From Ascidiella aspersa (taxonomy: Eukaryota): a stretch of DNA of 64,000 bases. The notes below the pieces were generated by a model, which made no database searches, was not told the origin of the DNA, and saw only the letters and a program-made list of their open reading frames with translations. The translations under genes were made by a program, and so were the position numbers. This document shows positions 62,201 to 64,000 of the stretch, one piece after another. The number at the start of each line of letters is the position of its first letter. Positions within the stretch are counted from its first letter, which is position 1. Location of the stretch: the NCBI GenBank assembly GCA_963924565.1, contig OZ004608.1, positions 30,442,001 to 30,506,000 on the forward strand, written 5' to 3'.

Positions 62201-63761
62201 GAATTTAACTGGAAAAATTTGCTGTGCGACTAGCATGTTTTATTCGATTAGACAAGAAAACTACCGAAAATTTGTGTTGCTGGCCCAAAGTAATACCCAT
62301 ATACTTCGGTCCGAATATGTTCGCTCTGCCACACATCCCTGGAATAACATTACAACCCAAAGGCGAGAGTAACAGTTTCCAGCCGTTTTAATCATTTCAA
62401 TGGGTCGCAAGAAGATTTCTCATATGACTATCTACTTGTGCTACACCGTGGCCGCTTGCATTCAAATTAGATGGTGAACAGGTTAAAATACAAATACCTC
62501 TCAAACATGTGCTACTGTCGAATAGGGTCACTGTTTATAAAAAACGTGTATGTGACCTACATTTGGCTGTTTTTACTACTTTTAACGTAGTTATTCACAT
62601 TAAAAATATCACAGCAAATAATTAAATGGGTTAAAATTGACGGTAACACCTATACTTTATTTTGGAAACCACTCTACAGAGCAACAACTATACACAATTA
62701 CTCGTCAAAACAATATTGGACTTTCAAAATACATTATTTTACAACACTGATGATTGCCTTTTTCTCGAAGGTGATCTTGATGGTCCGCGAGGAGAACGCG
62801 TGGTTTAACAGCTACAAAAACATGGTCGAGGAAGGCGCGAAGACATACAGCCACATGAACTACCTTAAGCACCTCTCCCGCTCGCTTACTCGTCTGATTG
62901 ACTGGAGTACTGCGCTTTTCTCTTATACAGTGGTAAGATTTGAACGAACGGCCTCTTTAAGTAGTGCTCTAATATCGAGCTATATTTTAAGTCATCGTAG
63001 TAATTAGACTTGAGAAATTTAGGCCGAAATTGCCGGCTTGCTTTGACTTGGGTCATTCAAAGAGCTGATGTGACTTGAATCCTTGGCAATTTTGGCAGAT
63101 TTCTCTTTATTTAGACTATTAAAACAGTTTGTCTGCTAAACAGAGTTTATTAGGATTTTACCATTGTTAATGACTGAATGATTTGACTTAAAATTACAAA
63201 CGACCAACTTAAAATCTGACACGGCAAAAGCTGACTTGATATGGCACGACACTGACTTGGCTTGGTAAAGGACTGCCTCGGCATGGCAAAAGACTGATTC
63301 GGCATGGCAAAAGACTGACTTGGCATGGCAAAAGACTGACTTGCCTTGGCAAAAGACGGACTTACCATGGAAAAGGACTGACTTGCCATGGCAAAAGACT
63401 AACTTAGCTTGGCAAAAAATGAGAATTTATGACAATGCAATATTATAGACCAATAGATTTCGACAAACAATTGTTGTAAACAGACAAAAATCGACTTGTT
63501 TACAACCCTGAACTTGTGTGTTGGTCGTCGCATTATTAAAGCTAAAGTTAATCTGTGTTGAGGTGCAACATTTAAAAGAGACAAAACGCAATAAATTTAC
63601 CTTATAGCGACTGAGGGTTGGTTTTCAGTTGGTTTATTTTGATAAAGGGTGACGCATCCGAACCTAAGGCGTTTTTGTGGAAGACCTGGTATCGACGTCA
63701 TAACGCTTACGTCAAGTCCGTCGTTCCGGAAGACCAGCTGCTCGTCTATGACGTCAGATCG
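53257..63761 (+). CDS. Sulfotransfer_4-like P-loop sulfotransferase S3 (partial; last exon beyond the window)
   Basis: Exons 53257-53338, 59718-59899, 62771-62932 and 63648-63761, all GT-AG, with the same intron positions and phases as S1/S2. Motifs MKVICAGAPKTGTKS, VVDTP, WPKAKVILMVREENAWFNS and WYRRHNAYV. Confidence 0.85.
53560..53876. mobile_element. hAT (Charlie-type) MITE in S3 intron 1
   Basis: TIRs CAGCGGTTCTCAACC/GGTTGAGAACCACTG and a perfect TSD ATCTAGCC. Confidence 0.92.
55614..56821. mobile_element. hAT MITE nested in 54116-56993
   Basis: Ends are CATGGGCGCCCGCA/TGCGGGCGCCCCTG, with TSD CCTACAGG/CCTGCAGG. Confidence 0.82.
55733..56783. mobile_element. hAT non-autonomous element nested in 55614-56821
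   Basis: Ends are CAGTGGCGTATCCAG/CTGGTTACGCCCCTG, with TSD ATTGACCC/ATTGCCCC. Confidence 0.82.
63220..63418. repeat. 21-bp minisatellite (about 9 units) in S3 intron 3
   Basis: Consensus GACTGACTTGGCATGGCAAAA. Confidence 0.88.
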
Positions 63762-64000
63762 GTTTGTCAATTTGATCTCTGTTTTACACTATGGCCATGG
63801 CTCTTAACTGTTTGACACTTGCGGACCAGTAAAATACAAAAATCCTTTTACGGTTTGGTAACCAGAATTTTAAAGGCACGGAAGTGAACATAATTTTAGG
63901 CAAAATCTTCTTTTTCGTCCGTTGAAAACGAAAATTGCTAATATTTTTTTTGTCGCGACACATCAATACGCTATTCTTGTGAGGACTTGACTTATTGATA

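Overview
AT-rich, intron-rich animal DNA. An ascidian/tunicate-like invertebrate chordate is inferred, not proven, from short introns (62-73 nt), a multi-exon MAGE gene, intron-containing Sulfotransfer_4-type genes and abundant hAT MITEs. Most genes are invisible or fragmented in the ORF track, so I rebuilt them by hand from splice sites. Left to right: (1) the 5' end of a minus-strand gene with a signal peptide and an FN3-type domain resembling class II cytokine receptors (IL-10RB/IFNR/tissue factor family); (2) a 7-exon MAGE/NSE3 (NSMCE3) gene head-to-head with (3) V-ATPase subunit e, whose CDS is intronless; (4) a nested hAT (Buster/Charlie) complex with a dead transposase; (5) four tandem cathepsin B paralogues: one canonical enzyme, one intact gene whose catalytic Cys is Asp, and two pseudogenes with Cys->Ser; (6) three Sulfotransfer_4-like P-loop sulfotransferases, two complete with C-terminal membrane anchors (one has a GC-AG intron) and a partial third with an in-frame uORF; (7) many MITEs with readable TIRs and TSDs, some nested three deep. 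The best candidates for new biology are the class II cytokine receptor-like gene, the cathepsin B pseudoenzyme clade and the tail-anchored sulfotransferase cluster. All coordinates and counts are manual, and no database searches were run.
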